Source of the DNA: Podarcis bocagei
Lineage: Eukaryota
Reading direction: 5' to 3' (one strand)
DNA: 64,000 nt
Assembly (NCBI GenBank): GCA_964188305.1
Contig: OZ076885.1
Made by a program: the position numbers and the translations under genes. Shown here piece by piece: positions 50,840 through 64,000 of this stretch. Position 1 is the stretch's first letter. Each line of letters begins with the position of its first letter. Below the pieces are notes generated by a model that did no database searches, was not told the DNA's origin, and saw only the letters and a list, made by a program, of their open reading frames with translations.

Positions 50840-52420
50840 GTTTTTTTGAGGCCTGGGGATGTGGACAAGATGCTTGCCTATTTACTTACTATTTACTCTC
50901 TTGACCCTTGCTCATCATGCCTGATCAAAGCTAGTCATGCAGAGTTAACCAGGTGGATCCAGGGATTGGTAAATGCATCACTTTGTGAAACTGCATTTCA
51001 CTGTGTGACCACTTCTGAAAAACCTGTACTGGGATCCAGAGGTTTATTCCAACTACCACCTGTTTACTAATACTCCTTTTGGGGGCAGTGTGCTTGAGAA
51101 GGTGGTGGTTGCTCACCTACAGGTGCACTCTTGGAGGAAACGGATTATCTGCACCTATTTCAATCTGAATTCAGACGTGGTTTTAAGACAGAATTGGCCC
51201 TGATCACTCTGATGGATGACTTCCAGCAGAGAAGCAGAGGGAGTGCAACCCAGTTTATCTTGTTGGATCTCTCAGTAGCTTTTGATACTGCTGACCACAG
51301 TATTCTCCTGGATCATCTCCATGGGCTGGTAGGAGGAAGCACTTTATTATGGTGGACACTACCTGCAGAAATAGTTCCAGTGAGTAGCATTGGAGGACTG
51401 TGCCTTGGTTTAATGTTTAATTATGTTTTTGTATGTGCTGGAAGCCACCAAAGTAATCTGATGGATAATAATAAGAATAATAATACTAATAATATAACCC
51501 CCCTCTCCAATTCCTATGGGCTGTTCTGGTGGTTCTCCCTCCCCCCAACAATTTGGGGAGAGTGCAGGGAAAATCACTTCTGCACAAGCAGAAGTCCTTG
51601 TGCAGAGCTTCCATCGACAGAGTTCCTTAGATGAATCCCATCCAATGTCCCCAATACTATTTAACAACTACGGTACATGCAGCCACTGGGAGCAGCCATT
51701 AGGAGATTTGAAGCAAATGGTCACCAATATGCAGATGATGCAGAGCTCTGTTTCACTGTAACATCTGGGTCAGGCAAGGATGTGAATTTCCTGAACCAGT
51801 GTCTGGCCACAGTAATGGAATAAACTGAGAATGACTCCTGGGAAGACAGAAACCCTATACAGTAGATAGGTCTTTCTCATGGTCAAGAAATTAGACGTCT
51901 GCTTGTTCTGGATGTGTTTGCATTTCCTCCACCGGAGTAGGTACATAGTATCCTAGATCAATCTTTGTCAATAGAGACCAAAGTGACTAATGCGGCACAT
52001 AGTGTTCACTACCAACTTTGGTTGGTGTGACAGATATGCCCATTCCTTGGCAGCGATAGTGGTCCATTGTGTAACATGCTGTTTGGGGTGCTGCTCTTAA
52101 ACTTGGTTTGGAAGCTGCAGCTTGTGCAGAATATTGTGGCTGGAGTACTGAGTGTCTAGGTATGTACACCAGTGCTTGAAGGTCTGCACCAGGTGGCTAT
52201 CTACTATCGAGCCGAATTCAAAGTTTTATTATTAACATGTAAAGCCCTAAACAACTTGGGACCAGTATACCTAGATGACCACCTCCCCTGTTATAGGCCA
52301 AATCATCCTTTACAATAACCAGGCCCTGTTCACTGTAGGATGGCCAGTGGATTGCCAGCTGGAAACCATTTGGAAACAGGCCTCTTCAGTTATAGCACTA
52401 ACCCTCTGTCCCCCACAAGA
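50840..52420 (+). mobile_element. Degenerate L2-clade LINE reverse transcriptase fragment, frameshifted, with a nested insertion at ~51410-51640
   Basis: ORF 51131 has FQSEFRRGFKTELAL and ILLDLSVAFDTADH (RT motifs). MSPILFNNY is at ~51645, HQYADD at ~51723-51740, and an L2 C-terminal relic at ~52100-52300. Confidence 0.85.
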
Positions 52421-53571
52421 GAGATAGAAGAAGCTCAATCTCAGTTGTCTACTCAGGCGTATTTGGATGCTTGAGAGCGTTATCCTGTTCAGATTTGCTG
52501 TTTAAATGATTGTCTTATTAACAATGCATTCATTGCAATTTGTTGTATTTTGATGTCCTAATTTTTGTAAACCACTTAGGGATTTTGCCAAAAATGTAAA
52601 ATAAATAAAACACTCAACTCTCCTCCATTTCATAAATGATATTGCCATTTGGATAGATGTCCTTTCAATCAGATTTGAGGTGTTACTAGAAGGTCCATCA
52701 GACACATATTTCTAACTTATTTACACCCATACACATTATTCTTTGTGTATCCCTTATAGTCCTTGTATACATTCCATCTTTGTGAAGTTCTGGTGAATAT
52801 TACTGATGTAGAGAAGGAATATATTAAACTTATAAACCCACATTTTCATATATAAAAGGCCACATTTTCTTGCCAGATTTAGCAGTGTAGATATTTTTAC
52901 AATTGATGTTCCCAAGTACATTATCTGGTTATCTGGATGTGCATGTAAATCAATGTGCAAGTGACTGCACATAACACATACACAAATGCTGAGAAAGTAA
53001 GCAGAATTTGTGTGTGTGTGTTTATATCAATGTGGACACATAAATGCTATTAATCTTTAGTTTTCCCAGAAAGGGAAAGGCACTTAGGATTTTAACGATG
53101 AGTATGGACATCACATTGACAATGGGGAAAGAAAGTAGGGAAATGAGGTTATTTAAACAAAAATAATAATCCCAGAACACAATAAACCCAGCAGCGCAGA
53201 CATGTGCATTTCCTACAGTACTGAAGCATGTGAACTACGGAGCTGCAGCAACCCAGATGTAGAAGAAGCACTGAGGGACAGGGCAACAGATGAGAGACAC
53301 AGAAAGCTAGAAAGACTAGAAAAGAGAGAAAGAGATTGAGAGAGAGAGAGAAAATGGAGGGAGAGAGGGAGGGAAAGAAACAGTGGCCTCAGCTACCAAG
53401 ACAACTGTGTGCATCTAGAGGGGCAGGATCCTTAAAGATGCAGTATTCCTTTTAAAATAAACCAAGAGTGAGAGAAATATTAAGACATTGACCAGGCACC
53501 ATTTCAAATGTGTGATTTGTTATCCCAACAAGGAAATATTTTGATGGGGTTTTCTTTGTTGCACTTCTTTT

Positions 53572-54258
53572 CTTGACTACTGTAACTCGCTCTACGCGGG
53601 GCTGCCCTTGAAGCTGTCCCAGAAACTCCAGCAGGTACAGAATGCTGCAGCGAGGCTCCTCACAGGGTCTCTGCCATGGGAGCATATTCATCCAGTGCTT
53701 TTCAAGCTGCACTGGCTCCCGGTGGAGTACAGGGTCAGATTTAAGGTGCTGCTTTTGACCTTTAAAGCCCTTCACGGCCTAGGACCCTCGTACCTACGGG
53801 ACCGCCTCGCCTGGTATGCCCCACGGAGAGCCTCAAGGTCCATAAATAACAACACCCTAGTGGTCCCAGGCCCTAAGGAAGTTAGGTTGGCTTCAACCAG
53901 AGCCAGGGCCTTTTCAGCACTGGCCCCAACTTGGTGGAACGCTCTGTCTCATGAGACCAGGGCCCTGCAGGATCTGATCTCTTTCCGCAGGGCCTGTAAG
54001 ACAGAGTTGTTCCGCCTGGCCTTTGGATTGGAGCCAATTTGATTCCCTCCGCCCCCTTTTTCTTTTTTCTTTTCCTTCTCCTGCAATGAGGCTCCATTTT
54101 AATATTTTAATGTTCCATTATTTTAATGTTGTATTTTATTTTTGTTTTTAAGTTGTAATCACTCATCTTGTTTTTATTATTGCTTGTAAGCCGCTCTGAG
54201 CCCGGCCTTGGCTGGGGAGGGCGGGGTATAAATAAAAAATTATTATTATTATTATTAT
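53572..54258 (+). mobile_element. Young 5'-truncated L2-clade LINE (ORF2 C-terminus, 3'UTR, (TTA)n tail)
   Basis: Open frame LDYCNSLYAGLPLKLSQKLQQVQNAAARLL...LHWLPVEYRVRFK...KTELFRLAF with stop at 54042. Tail gtaagccgctctgag...gggcggggtataaataaa plus (TTA)n. Confidence 0.9.
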
Positions 54259-56029
54259 TTTCTGCTCCTGCACTTGGACCTATATTTTCTCATCTTCCCA
54301 TAACCTTTTCCTCAGTGTACATAAAAAAGACCTAACCCATAAAATTTTAGAAATCCCCCTTTCCCCTTTGTGGATCACACATGCCCCTCCCCTCCATTTT
54401 CTTCATCCTTTCGTAGATCAGAAAACTGCCACTTTGGGTCAGAGTTAAGATTGTGCTGTTTGTAACTGATTTCTGCAATGGCTTTCAAATCATAATTATT
54501 TCTATAGATGGGAGTACAATCACCATATATTCGTCTCATACAAAAGGTTATGGAGCATGGTTGATCTTTTCTGTGGATTTGTATTTGCTAAACTATTCTT
54601 ACAAATGGTTTACCTTCAAATTGTGATGCTGCATGTCCTACTTCAACAAACTTTTCTATGAAATAGTTGAGACTTGTGGTGAGTTGTGATCTGTTTATGA
54701 ATCGAGCCATTCCCAAAAATTGTTCAGCTCATGCATACCCACTGTAAAAGTCCATTTGTATTGACTTCAAGATGTGAAATGGAGCCTACTTTTGTCAGTT
54801 CTTCCAGGAAGGACCAGAACTGGAAATGTTACTCCTGTCACTAATAAAATATTGATGCATTTATAGAGGTCTCCACCTCCTAAGCATTCCATGTGCTTCA
54901 CAAACACTGTCTCAACAATGCTCAACATATAAAATAGGCCAGCATTACATTTCCCCTGTTACAGAACCAGTTCAAAACTAAGAGAGGCTGCTGTAGCAAA
55001 GTGAGACTTGTCTGTTTTTCAAAAGAAAAGAAAAAACATTGGTCAGGCACCCATTCTGGGGAAATGGTAAGTTGGCTGAGACTTGTGTAACTACAGGAGA
55101 AAAAAGGTTAAGGTGGGTTGAATGATGGTGGGAGGATCTAGTAAAACCTTTTTTTTTTTCTTAAGGGAAATGCATCAAAAGCCACTGTAGTGATAAGGAA
55201 GGGGGAAATGGCCAAGGCTGGGCTATCGTCCTGATGTGTCTGGCAAGAACTTTGACAGGGATAACAAGATGTGGTTAGGTTTCCAGAACCCCATCCCACA
55301 ACCGTCACTCCAGGCTGAGATTTGTATCAAGGCTCTGGCTCCCGCAACAGAGCTTGGGGACTCCCTGACGAGCACTGCACAAGACAGCAGCTCATTATTT
55401 TTCCCCAGCTTGTGAACTTTTTATGAGTTCCTGGCAGCTTGGCTGCAATGCTCTCTTCCTGCAGGCCCTCATAAAAATGAGTGCCTTGTATGCTGCGCCA
55501 GAATCAGACCATCCATCTGCTGACAGGCAGAGTTCCTTCTATCTGCAGCTTCTAAATGAGAAACCTGCAGGTCCTTTAAAAAGTTTATTTAGTGGACTTT
55601 CTTGGCCTACAAAAGCAGTTTCTAGGCTTAATTTGAGCCAAGGTTCGCAAAAGCTCAGTCCAAGAGCCCATTTTCAATATTATGAATACCAGCTCAAGTG
55701 CAGTGCAGTGGCTAAGCGACTGAGGGCTCATCCACAATTCCACTTGCCCCATGCTTAGAAAGCACAGGTCCAAGCAGTCCCGTCCCCCCTGCTCTGCTTC
55801 TTTCCCAGGAAAAACCCGATCTTTAGCTCTAAATCAGAACAAACAACAATCTGCGGAAAACCCAATAGCTGCTTGCTCTTATTTAGCGCTAAAGAGTGGT
55901 TTTCCCCAGGGGAAAAGCAGAGGGACAACAGTGGATAAACAAAAGTGTGGATAACACTAGGAAGCAACCAGTTCAAATCTTGCCCCTGCAATGTGCTCAC
56001 TAGTCAGATCAGAGCCAGTGGGGGTGGGG

Positions 56030-56193
56030 TGGGTAGAGTGTTGGACTAGAACCTGGAAGCCCTGGGTTCAAATTTTCACTAAACTGGGAAGCCAGTCTCT
56101 CAGTCTAATTTACCTCATAGGGGATTATGAGGATTAAATAGGGAAGAACCACATATGAGGAAAGGTGGGATATAATTGTATATATAAATAATA
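56030..56193 (+). mobile_element. tRNA-derived SINE with L2-like tail (MIR/Squam2-like), followed by a second MIR-like relic to ~56310
   Basis: Head ggtagagtgttggactag...ctgggttcaaat (B box); core ctcagtctaatttacctcataggg; tail ggtgggatataa...aataataa. Confidence 0.6.
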
Positions 56194-57098
56194 ACTCTCT
56201 TCTGCTCTTAGCTCCCAAACTACAAAAATGGATATAGTGAATTACCTAATAGGGCAACTGTAATGATTAAAAGACAATGTATATGGAGCAGTTTGAATAC
56301 TCAAGTGTTATTCATAATGCAGTGGCTAGGACTTCTTTCCCCCGGTCTGCAGGTTGAGTGTAGACCAATGTGCCTTTGAGTACATGCAGAATATTTTTCT
56401 TTGCCCATGTGTAACTACAGTGAGACTCCACATGCTTAAGTATATGTCATGCATCCTTACAGATTATATGAGTGTAGTTGCAAAAGGTTTCTAGGTGATA
56501 AACTAGGGGTACAATCCACAACTAGAAAACTCTCATCTATCTCAGTGGAATTTGGACACTACCTGCTGTCTATGTTCAAAAGGAAAGGACTTAAATGGTT
56601 CAAAACCTAGTTAATGTTCTAGAGCAATGAATAATTCTCCAGATGATTAGAAAAGAGTAGATTCCATTTTTCAAGTGAATGAACTGGGTGCTGCCTTTGT
56701 CACTGTTAACAAGACAGGAAATATTACAGTGTTATTACTTCTATGCCTCATTTTTATCACTGTTAAAGGTTTTAAAAATGAAACAACTCAAAAGTAGCAA
56801 CAATGCCTTCAACAGCTGCACCAAAACAACACCAACACAGAGTTTTGGCTGGTGCATTTTGTCATGCAGAGATGAGAAAAGCTGCACCTTTGGAAACTCC
56901 GTCTGCTACACCAGTCTTAGCCAACCTGGTGCCCTCCAGATGTTTTGGATAACAACCCCCTTCAGATGCCAAAGGCAGCACTGCACAATTATTAAGCCCA
57001 CTTTCCCATTAACAGTCTTGCTCCTGTCTCTTATGGCAGAGCGCAGCACCTTTTGGCAGCTGAACTGTCATGGCTGAGGAGGGCAAGGAAAGTCAGCC

Positions 57099-57099
<1 letters not shown>

Positions 57100-57130
<31 letters not shown>
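57100..57130. repeat. (AAT)n microsatellite
   Basis: Read directly. Confidence 0.95.
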
Positions 57131-57409
57131 GAGTAGCTAACATATTTTATGTAGTTTGCTTAAGGATTGGGGGCCCTTCTACTGCTGGTTAAATGGTTTA
57201 CCAATACCATTGGCTTCCCCAGGAGTACCACTGCCTTCCTCCATTTGCCAGCACAGAGGCAAGAAAGGTATATGGAGGAAGAGGTGGCTTCATCCCAGGG
57301 ACTTTGGGAGATGGAGGAACCCTGGCTTGTCACCACCTGTTCCTTCCTCACTGTAGCTCTCCTGTAAATTAGTTACTGACTCATGGTCACAGAACACACT
57401 AGTGCAACC

Positions 57410-57525
57410 CCAACCCAGTGCCCTCCAGATATTATTGGACTACAACTCCCATCATCCCTTGTCAGCACGGTCAGTAGTCAGGGATAGTCCAGCATCTGGA
57501 AGGTGCCAGGCTGGGGAAGGCTGGA
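57410..57525. mobile_element. Short squamate non-autonomous element (ccctccagat...ggactacaactcccatc family); related copies at ~8274-8450, ~32490-32570, ~56920-56965
   Basis: The core motif is shared at four loci in the window; ends are degenerate and inverted. Confidence 0.6.
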
Positions 57526-57687
57526 ATAGTGTGCTGATGTGGAAGAAAACTAGCTATTGGTCCACCCAAAACTGGGTCTCTTTCTCTCAAGTGCAAGCAA
57601 ATTTTTCCCCAGTGGAGAAGGTAAGTACTGCATCTTTAAGGAATAGCAGTGAGGTAAAGGAGAGGAACAGATTGTTGGTGTTTATAC

Positions 57688-57753
57688 CTTTCTTCTTTGT
57701 TGAATTTGGGATTGGCGTCACAGATATCCAGGCTTTTACTGAACATTGTTTTA
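57688..57753 (-). CDS. BRSK2: BRSK2 alternative cassette exon, 66 nt, (S)KTMFSKSLDICDANPKFNKEE(R)
   Basis: Acceptor ctttgttcctgccatag|T, donor AG|gtataa; phase 2-2 and frame preserving. Resembles the recalled mammalian isoform insert SKAMFSKSLDIAEAHPQFSKEDR. Confidence 0.88.
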
Positions 57754-60700
57754 CTATGGCAGGAACAAAGTGAGAAAACAGAGTTACTAATGTGGACATT
57801 CATATGAGATTTGCCTGACGCAGTCCCTGAGACCCACCCACCCAAAGTTACCCCACCCATTTTGAAGAAATGCTCTGGAACAGGGATCAGAACTGTGTTC
57901 CTTTACCAATTGGGTGTCTTGCCCCAGAAAGGTACCAAATTTATGGGTGTACTCAACTTAGATTTGGCTTATACTACACCAATGAAGCAGGTGGGGAGAT
58001 TTTGATACTGAATTTGATGATGCAGGCTCAAACCGCAACTCTCAAGTTGGTCATGGTGGCATGAGGCAAGATTCATTTTATACAAACCATGTCTCTAAAA
58101 CTTCTTGCACATGCCTTCCCCAAACCCAAGTTAGCCGATGAGGAAATGCTGACCCAAAGTAGAATCATATTCCTCACAGACATTTGTGAGACATGTCAGA
58201 ATTCAGCTGAGGCCATCAATATTAAACATGGTCTGAAGAATGCAGATTCAGTTAAGTGGTTCAAAATGGCCTCTGCTATACATACCTTGTTCCCACAAGT
58301 CCCCCCTCCCCCCATGGCCTCAGCTGCAAACAAAGGCCTAAAAGACAGGTCTGGCCTATGGACAGTTGATGTGGAGTATACCAGACCCAAATGAAAGTTG
58401 TCATTCCAGATAATCAGTGTAAAGTACCCACAAGAAAAAGGACACCAGTTTGTTGATGGAACCAACTCTCTCAGCTCCCCTTCTAGTTCTTAATCTGCTC
58501 CCTGTACTTCATTCTGTTTGCTTTAAGAGAAACCTAAAAGCCTATGACACCCATCTTTGGAGAGAGAAAAAAAGAACCCCTTGCAGGAAAATGCACCATG
58601 AACATGGCAGCTGCTATGGCATTGATGTATCTTGGGGGAGATGAAAGGCTGAGTTTAAATATGATGAAGAACAATGTACTAAAGTCCCCAGAATAGAAAG
58701 AATAAAAGGAAATGATGTTTACAGTAACCAAAACAGCAAATGGAGGAAGCAGGATTTTCAGTAGAGAAGTACTGAAAGCCAAGTAGGTTTTGGGATATTC
58801 AACACTGCATTTTATCTCTTCCCTCAGTAATAGTGAACAGGGAGGGAAGAGGCAAGGAATATATAAAGAGTCAGATACACTGAAAAAAAAATGTAAAGCA
58901 CTGAAGAAGCTAAGTAACACTTTTTCCTCACAGTACATTAGGGTTGGCAACTAGCAGGATTACAATAGGCCAGTCAAACCAGCACAACAGATACCTGTGC
59001 ACTTTTGAGTCTCAGGCAGCCAGGAAGACAATGCATGGCAACAAAACATTCCAAGCACAGACAGACAGAAAGCAACTGAAGGTAGAGTTATGCTGGTACA
59101 TAGCTCCCTCACCCCACCCCTTGGCAGGTTTCGCATGCTATTAAATATTCTTCACAAATATGTCAAAGAAAGGATAGAGGTTCTTTCCAAAGCCCATTAA
59201 TATTTGTCCTTTCAGCTGCATTAACTATGAACCCCAACTCTTATTTCCCCCCAAAACCTATGCCAAGCTTTTGTGTGGTTTTGTGCCACAAACCTTGGGT
59301 TTTGTACCACCACCTGCGGTGTATTGACAGATCAAAGGTTCCTAGGTAAGGATGCTGAGAATTATCTGCTATAAATCCTGTTAGAACCACAATTTCCAAA
59401 CTGTCTTAGGAAAGGGAATTAGTGCTGGACGACTCATGTCTATAGTGAACATACACCTTGAGAATGTTGTTCTTAAGGGCAGATGGAACTCTAACAAAAA
59501 TTACCTTTCAAATGCTACTTGGAGCATAATACTATGCTGAAAGCCTTACAAAGTTTGCCTCTTTGTTGGATCTACTTGGGTTTTATTACTGATGGTACTG
59601 ACAGTCTTCCTGTCAAACGGTCACCATCTCCAAACACCTTTGTTGTTTATGAACAGTCCATGTTCTGAATGAGTACACTGCCAGTAGTCTATGCTGTATG
59701 CCTTTGCAATCTGAAGATGAGGTGGCTCATTTGATTTACCAAAGTACAGTCAAAAAATAATAATTCATTCTATGTCTGTTCCATTTCCCTGTTCACAATC
59801 ACACATTGGTACCTTCCTTTAGCAGCTATGGCCTAGCAATCAACTATATGAGCAAAAGCGCAGATGTTGTGTTTGGCATGCAATCTGACTCACAAAAATA
59901 TGGACACATCCTTTGCTGTGTGGCACAACCTTTTGTATAAAAGCATCACTTCAGAAAAAATTCTCTGGACTTCTGTCAGTTTATCAGTTTCTACTAAAGC
60001 AGTGTTCATGCTCCCCATCCCCTGCCAACATTCAAATAAATAAAAGCACACACTCTCATTTGGTGAGAGACAAAGCTGTGTAATATTTGCACTTTCCTGA
60101 GAATCTGCTATGCAACTGCCATCCCAAGGTGAGAGATAGCAGGAATTGTGCAAGCTACTTTGATGTATCAGGATTAAGGCAAGATCTTAGAATCAGGAAA
60201 TGACATTCTTCCTAATATGGGTTTTCTTTCTCAGTTGGCTAGCCCTAGCAAATTCTACCCAGACAAGTGCCTGATGTAAACAACTGGAATGCAAAACAGC
60301 ATGGTAACTGTCTGCAGGTGAGTTTCTGATATTATCACAAGCTGTCTCCATTATTCTGTTCCTGAAGAGCTTCATTGTTAGGTAAGCAAAATTCTTAGCA
60401 CCCAAAATGGACTTTTAGAGTTGAGACAAGGGAGCCTATGTAATCAATGGTGATAGCTCAGTATTGTAGCAGTTTAGCCTCACAAAGCTTACACTTGCTT
60501 CTTAGCCTGTCAGCTCTGATCAAATTGGCCTCAACCACTACATCAGAATACATTTACCAAATTACCATTTCACTACTTACTTTTCAGGCATCCTGTTGCT
60601 GCATATCTCAGACCAAAAACTGTACAGTGCACAGCTATGTACCCCCAGCAATCAAATTTGGTTAGTCTTGGCAAATTGCTCTTTGCACACACTAGAGGTT

Positions 60701-60978
60701 TAACTGCACTGGACTACAGGCCCTCTTGTGTTTTCTACTTGGCGACTGGACATCAGTTAAAGTTGGGGAGGATAACTGCTAACAACTGAGGCACAGGTCT
60801 GTGTTGGAAAAATTAAATTAAGCTAGATGTACAGAGTTCTTTAGTACATTTCTATATAGTTTTAACACACATGGGGATTTCCTTTCATCCCTTGAGCCTT
60901 TAGACTTTCAGTCCCATTCAAAATATAACCAGAAGACCCCAAAGAAGTTCACTGAGCTTATGCCTTCTGGGAACACAG

Positions 60979-61013
<35 letters not shown>

Positions 61014-61014
61014 T
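60979..61014. repeat. (TTTA)n microsatellite
   Basis: Read directly. Confidence 0.95.
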
Positions 61015-61437
61015 GGCTGTCTGCTGCTCACTGCAACACCATGGCTGCCATGTTTCTTCAGACAGAGATCGGAAATAATTGATTTTCAGGTAAGAAACAA
61101 GCACACATTTTTGGATGAGACCAGAGGCTATGGTGACACTTTTATTTATCTTTAGCCTATGCAAGCTTCTATTGGTGATTATTCCCTCCCCCCAGCACTG
61201 CTCTGAAATGCTGGATGCAAAGGAGTAAAAAAGTATACATATAATTTTTTAAAAAGCAACAGTAAGTAGAGTAATTAAGTAATTAAGTAATCTTCCTTAC
61301 AGATTTCTGCACAGGCTACTGTGAGAAAACCTAGACTGCTGCTCCTTCACCTGGATAAACATTATGGTGCCAGCTGAGATGGCTTCCGAAACTCTGATGG
61401 CACAGACTTCCTGACTTTTGGCTTTGGGGACCACCTA

Positions 61438-61728
<291 letters not shown>

Positions 61729-62328
61729 TTAAGACTCCTCTGTACAATATCACACATGAAAAACCCCTCTTCACTCCATGAATATCTCTCAACTATGAGT
61801 TGCCATTCAGAATGGAAACCATGAGTATCTCTCAACAGCTTTTCAAAAATGATCTTCAACAAATGTAAGTAAACAAGTAAAAAACAGAGCTGTGATTATC
61901 TGGAGGGTGAAATGAAAAACAAACTTCTCCCACTTGCACATAAGGTTAAAACACTGTTAAAATAAATTATGGTTTAAGGTGGGTAAGCTGGAATGATAAG
62001 AATACTCACTTCACTCCTCCACACTGTTCTTGCCTTGCTGCTGGGAACAAACCAGAGTCTGTTTAAGTCTGAATCCAGGCTTGTGATTTATTTCTCTCCA
62101 AACAAACCATGCACAGAAACCATGCTTTGCTCTTGGCTTACTGCTTGTAGCTTGTTTGGAGGAAGCAATGAGTTCTGGTTCAGGCATCATAGTAAGCCAG
62201 ACCCTGGCTTGCTTCCCAGTAGCACAGCAGAAGCGGGAGATGAACAAAGCAAGCTTGCTGCTCGCTTGCATTAAGCCATAGTTAATTTTAATCTTTGGTT
62301 TAGCTTTACGTGCTAACCAGGCCAATGT

Positions 62329-62406
62329 AGCAGTCACTGAAATGGAGATTACAATATTCCAGACAAATAGCAGCAGTCACTGAAATGGAGACTACAATAT
62401 TCCAGA
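62329..62406. repeat. 35-bp direct tandem duplication (period 43, one mismatch)
   Basis: agcagtcactgaaatggagaYtacaatattccaga at 62329-62363 and 62372-62406. Confidence 0.9.
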
Positions 62407-64000
62407 TGTAGAGACATTTTAGGTAAGAAGGTTTTATATTTGCCTGTAAGCAGCTACTTAAAAGTTAAATGAAGGCATCTTAGAAGGGCAAACAAGATAG
62501 AGCCTAAACTGCCAATGGGTCTTGTAATAAAAAAATAGCAAACATGGAGTTTGGCATTTACTGGAGGATACTGTACAGGAATCTGCCACTTTTAGCCTAT
62601 GAAACACTCAGGAATGGTCCAACAGTGTTCTGCCCCAGTTCTCCAGCAACTTGCCTTTTCAATATGTTGTGTGTGTTAAAAACCCTCGTTTTGCACTGAA
62701 GAAACTACTGCCCTCTGACAAAACAGGGGTTTTCAACTATACCATATTTTATACCGTCACGTCTTGATTTATGTGACCTTTCATATCATCATCCCTCTTC
62801 CCCAAGGAACCAAAACAATGTTACAGCCAGGCAGAATGGAAACAAATAAGCATTCTTGCATGTGTGCTGATGAGTTTGTTCTTGACAGTAGGGCTGCTAG
62901 AGCAAAGTTTTAAAAAGAAGAAATGCTGCTTTCTATTCTCATAAATCTGCAGTGGCCTGTATAGAGAGATATCTGTGTGCTTTGTGCAACTGTGGAATAA
63001 TGTCAGACTACATTGCAGGAGAAATTTTGGTTCAATAGAGAGGAAGAAAACATACTTCTGAGAGAAGGGAACCACACACATGCACAGGATCAAAAAGAGG
63101 AAAGTTAAAAAAACAAAAAAAACAACAGACTACCAGAGTTGAATCATTCATTTAGCATCAGCTAGAATTCCAAAGCCTGAACTATTGCTCTAAGGTTTCT
63201 CAAACTTGCCCATGTGTACCTAGACAGATGAACACTTATTCTGCATGGCATGCATCTTTGAAGTAAGTAACATCTCCAAGCAACTATTATTACACCATCA
63301 CTACTTCCCTGATCCTTTCCTCTCATCTCTTTGTTTGAGGCCACAGTTAATGGCTAATGATGAGATATTCATCAGAAGCATGATTGCTCTCAATTAAACC
63401 TTGCTCTGCATTGCCAGAGATATTGCTAGGAGCAAAGAGCTAAACTTATCCACCATGCTTCCCTTGGGAAAGGAAGCACAACTAACACTTGAATAATAAT
63501 GCACATGAATTCTAAAATATGATGACACATCACACAGATATATGCAGCTCAGAGATAATGTTAACACATTCAGGGAAGACATTTTTCTTCCTGCACAGAA
63601 AAATCCAGACAATAGTTTGCATTAGTGCATGAAACGAATGTTATGCTACATCTGTGGCATGCAAAGAGAAGGAGGAAAGCCTACCTCAGATGCACAACTG
63701 AGGCATAAAATTGCACTTGTCTGCGCAGGAAGTCAAAATTCAACCACTTAAATAATAAGTAGCAGAATTATCTTTTGTGCCAAAGCATTTAGCCAAATCA
63801 ATTTGTTGTCTATGGAGCTTACTTTAAGAAACTCCCCTATATGTATACGTAATTCATTGTCTAGGGAGTATACCTTAAGAAGTCAGAAACAGCACATCAG
63901 AAAAGACTCTCCCATATTTTTCTATAAGCATTATGTGAGATATAGTAAGAGAGCAAGTATGCTGCATCCATATTATTTAAATCCACTGGATTCACTGGAA

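Noticed and set aside
60581-60619. 39-nt phase-2 open segment with gtaagt donor
   Set aside because: The acceptor has no real polypyrimidine tract and there is no similarity to known BRSK2 sequence.

Overview
Vertebrate genomic DNA, most likely from a squamate reptile. A Sauria/Squam1-type SINE points to a lacertid lizard, which is an inference. Almost the whole window is the 3' half of the neuronal AMPK-family kinase gene BRSK2 (SAD-A) on the minus strand. It runs from the [10 protein letters not shown] exon (61589) through the Ser/Pro-rich linker, the SWFGNF autoinhibitory segment and the KA1 domain to alternative C-terminal exons and a ~2.4-3 kb 3'UTR, with poly(A) signal at 757-762. The kinase and UBA exons lie beyond the right edge. 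All exons were placed by hand translation, and their AG/GT ends and phases join correctly. Introns carry SINEs, L2/CR1 LINE remnants, hAT and Tc1/mariner MITEs and microsatellites. I found no evidence for a new multi-gene system. The most notable signal is a dense alternative-splicing architecture: an in-frame 135-codon Pro-rich exon extension behind a 230-nt AG-free zone with a distal CTAAC branch point, a candidate 24-nt neural-type microexon, a 66-nt cassette, a 48-nt cassette, three competing terminal acceptors, and several weaker candidate exons. Family names and comparisons to mammalian BRSK2 come from recall, not from a database search.
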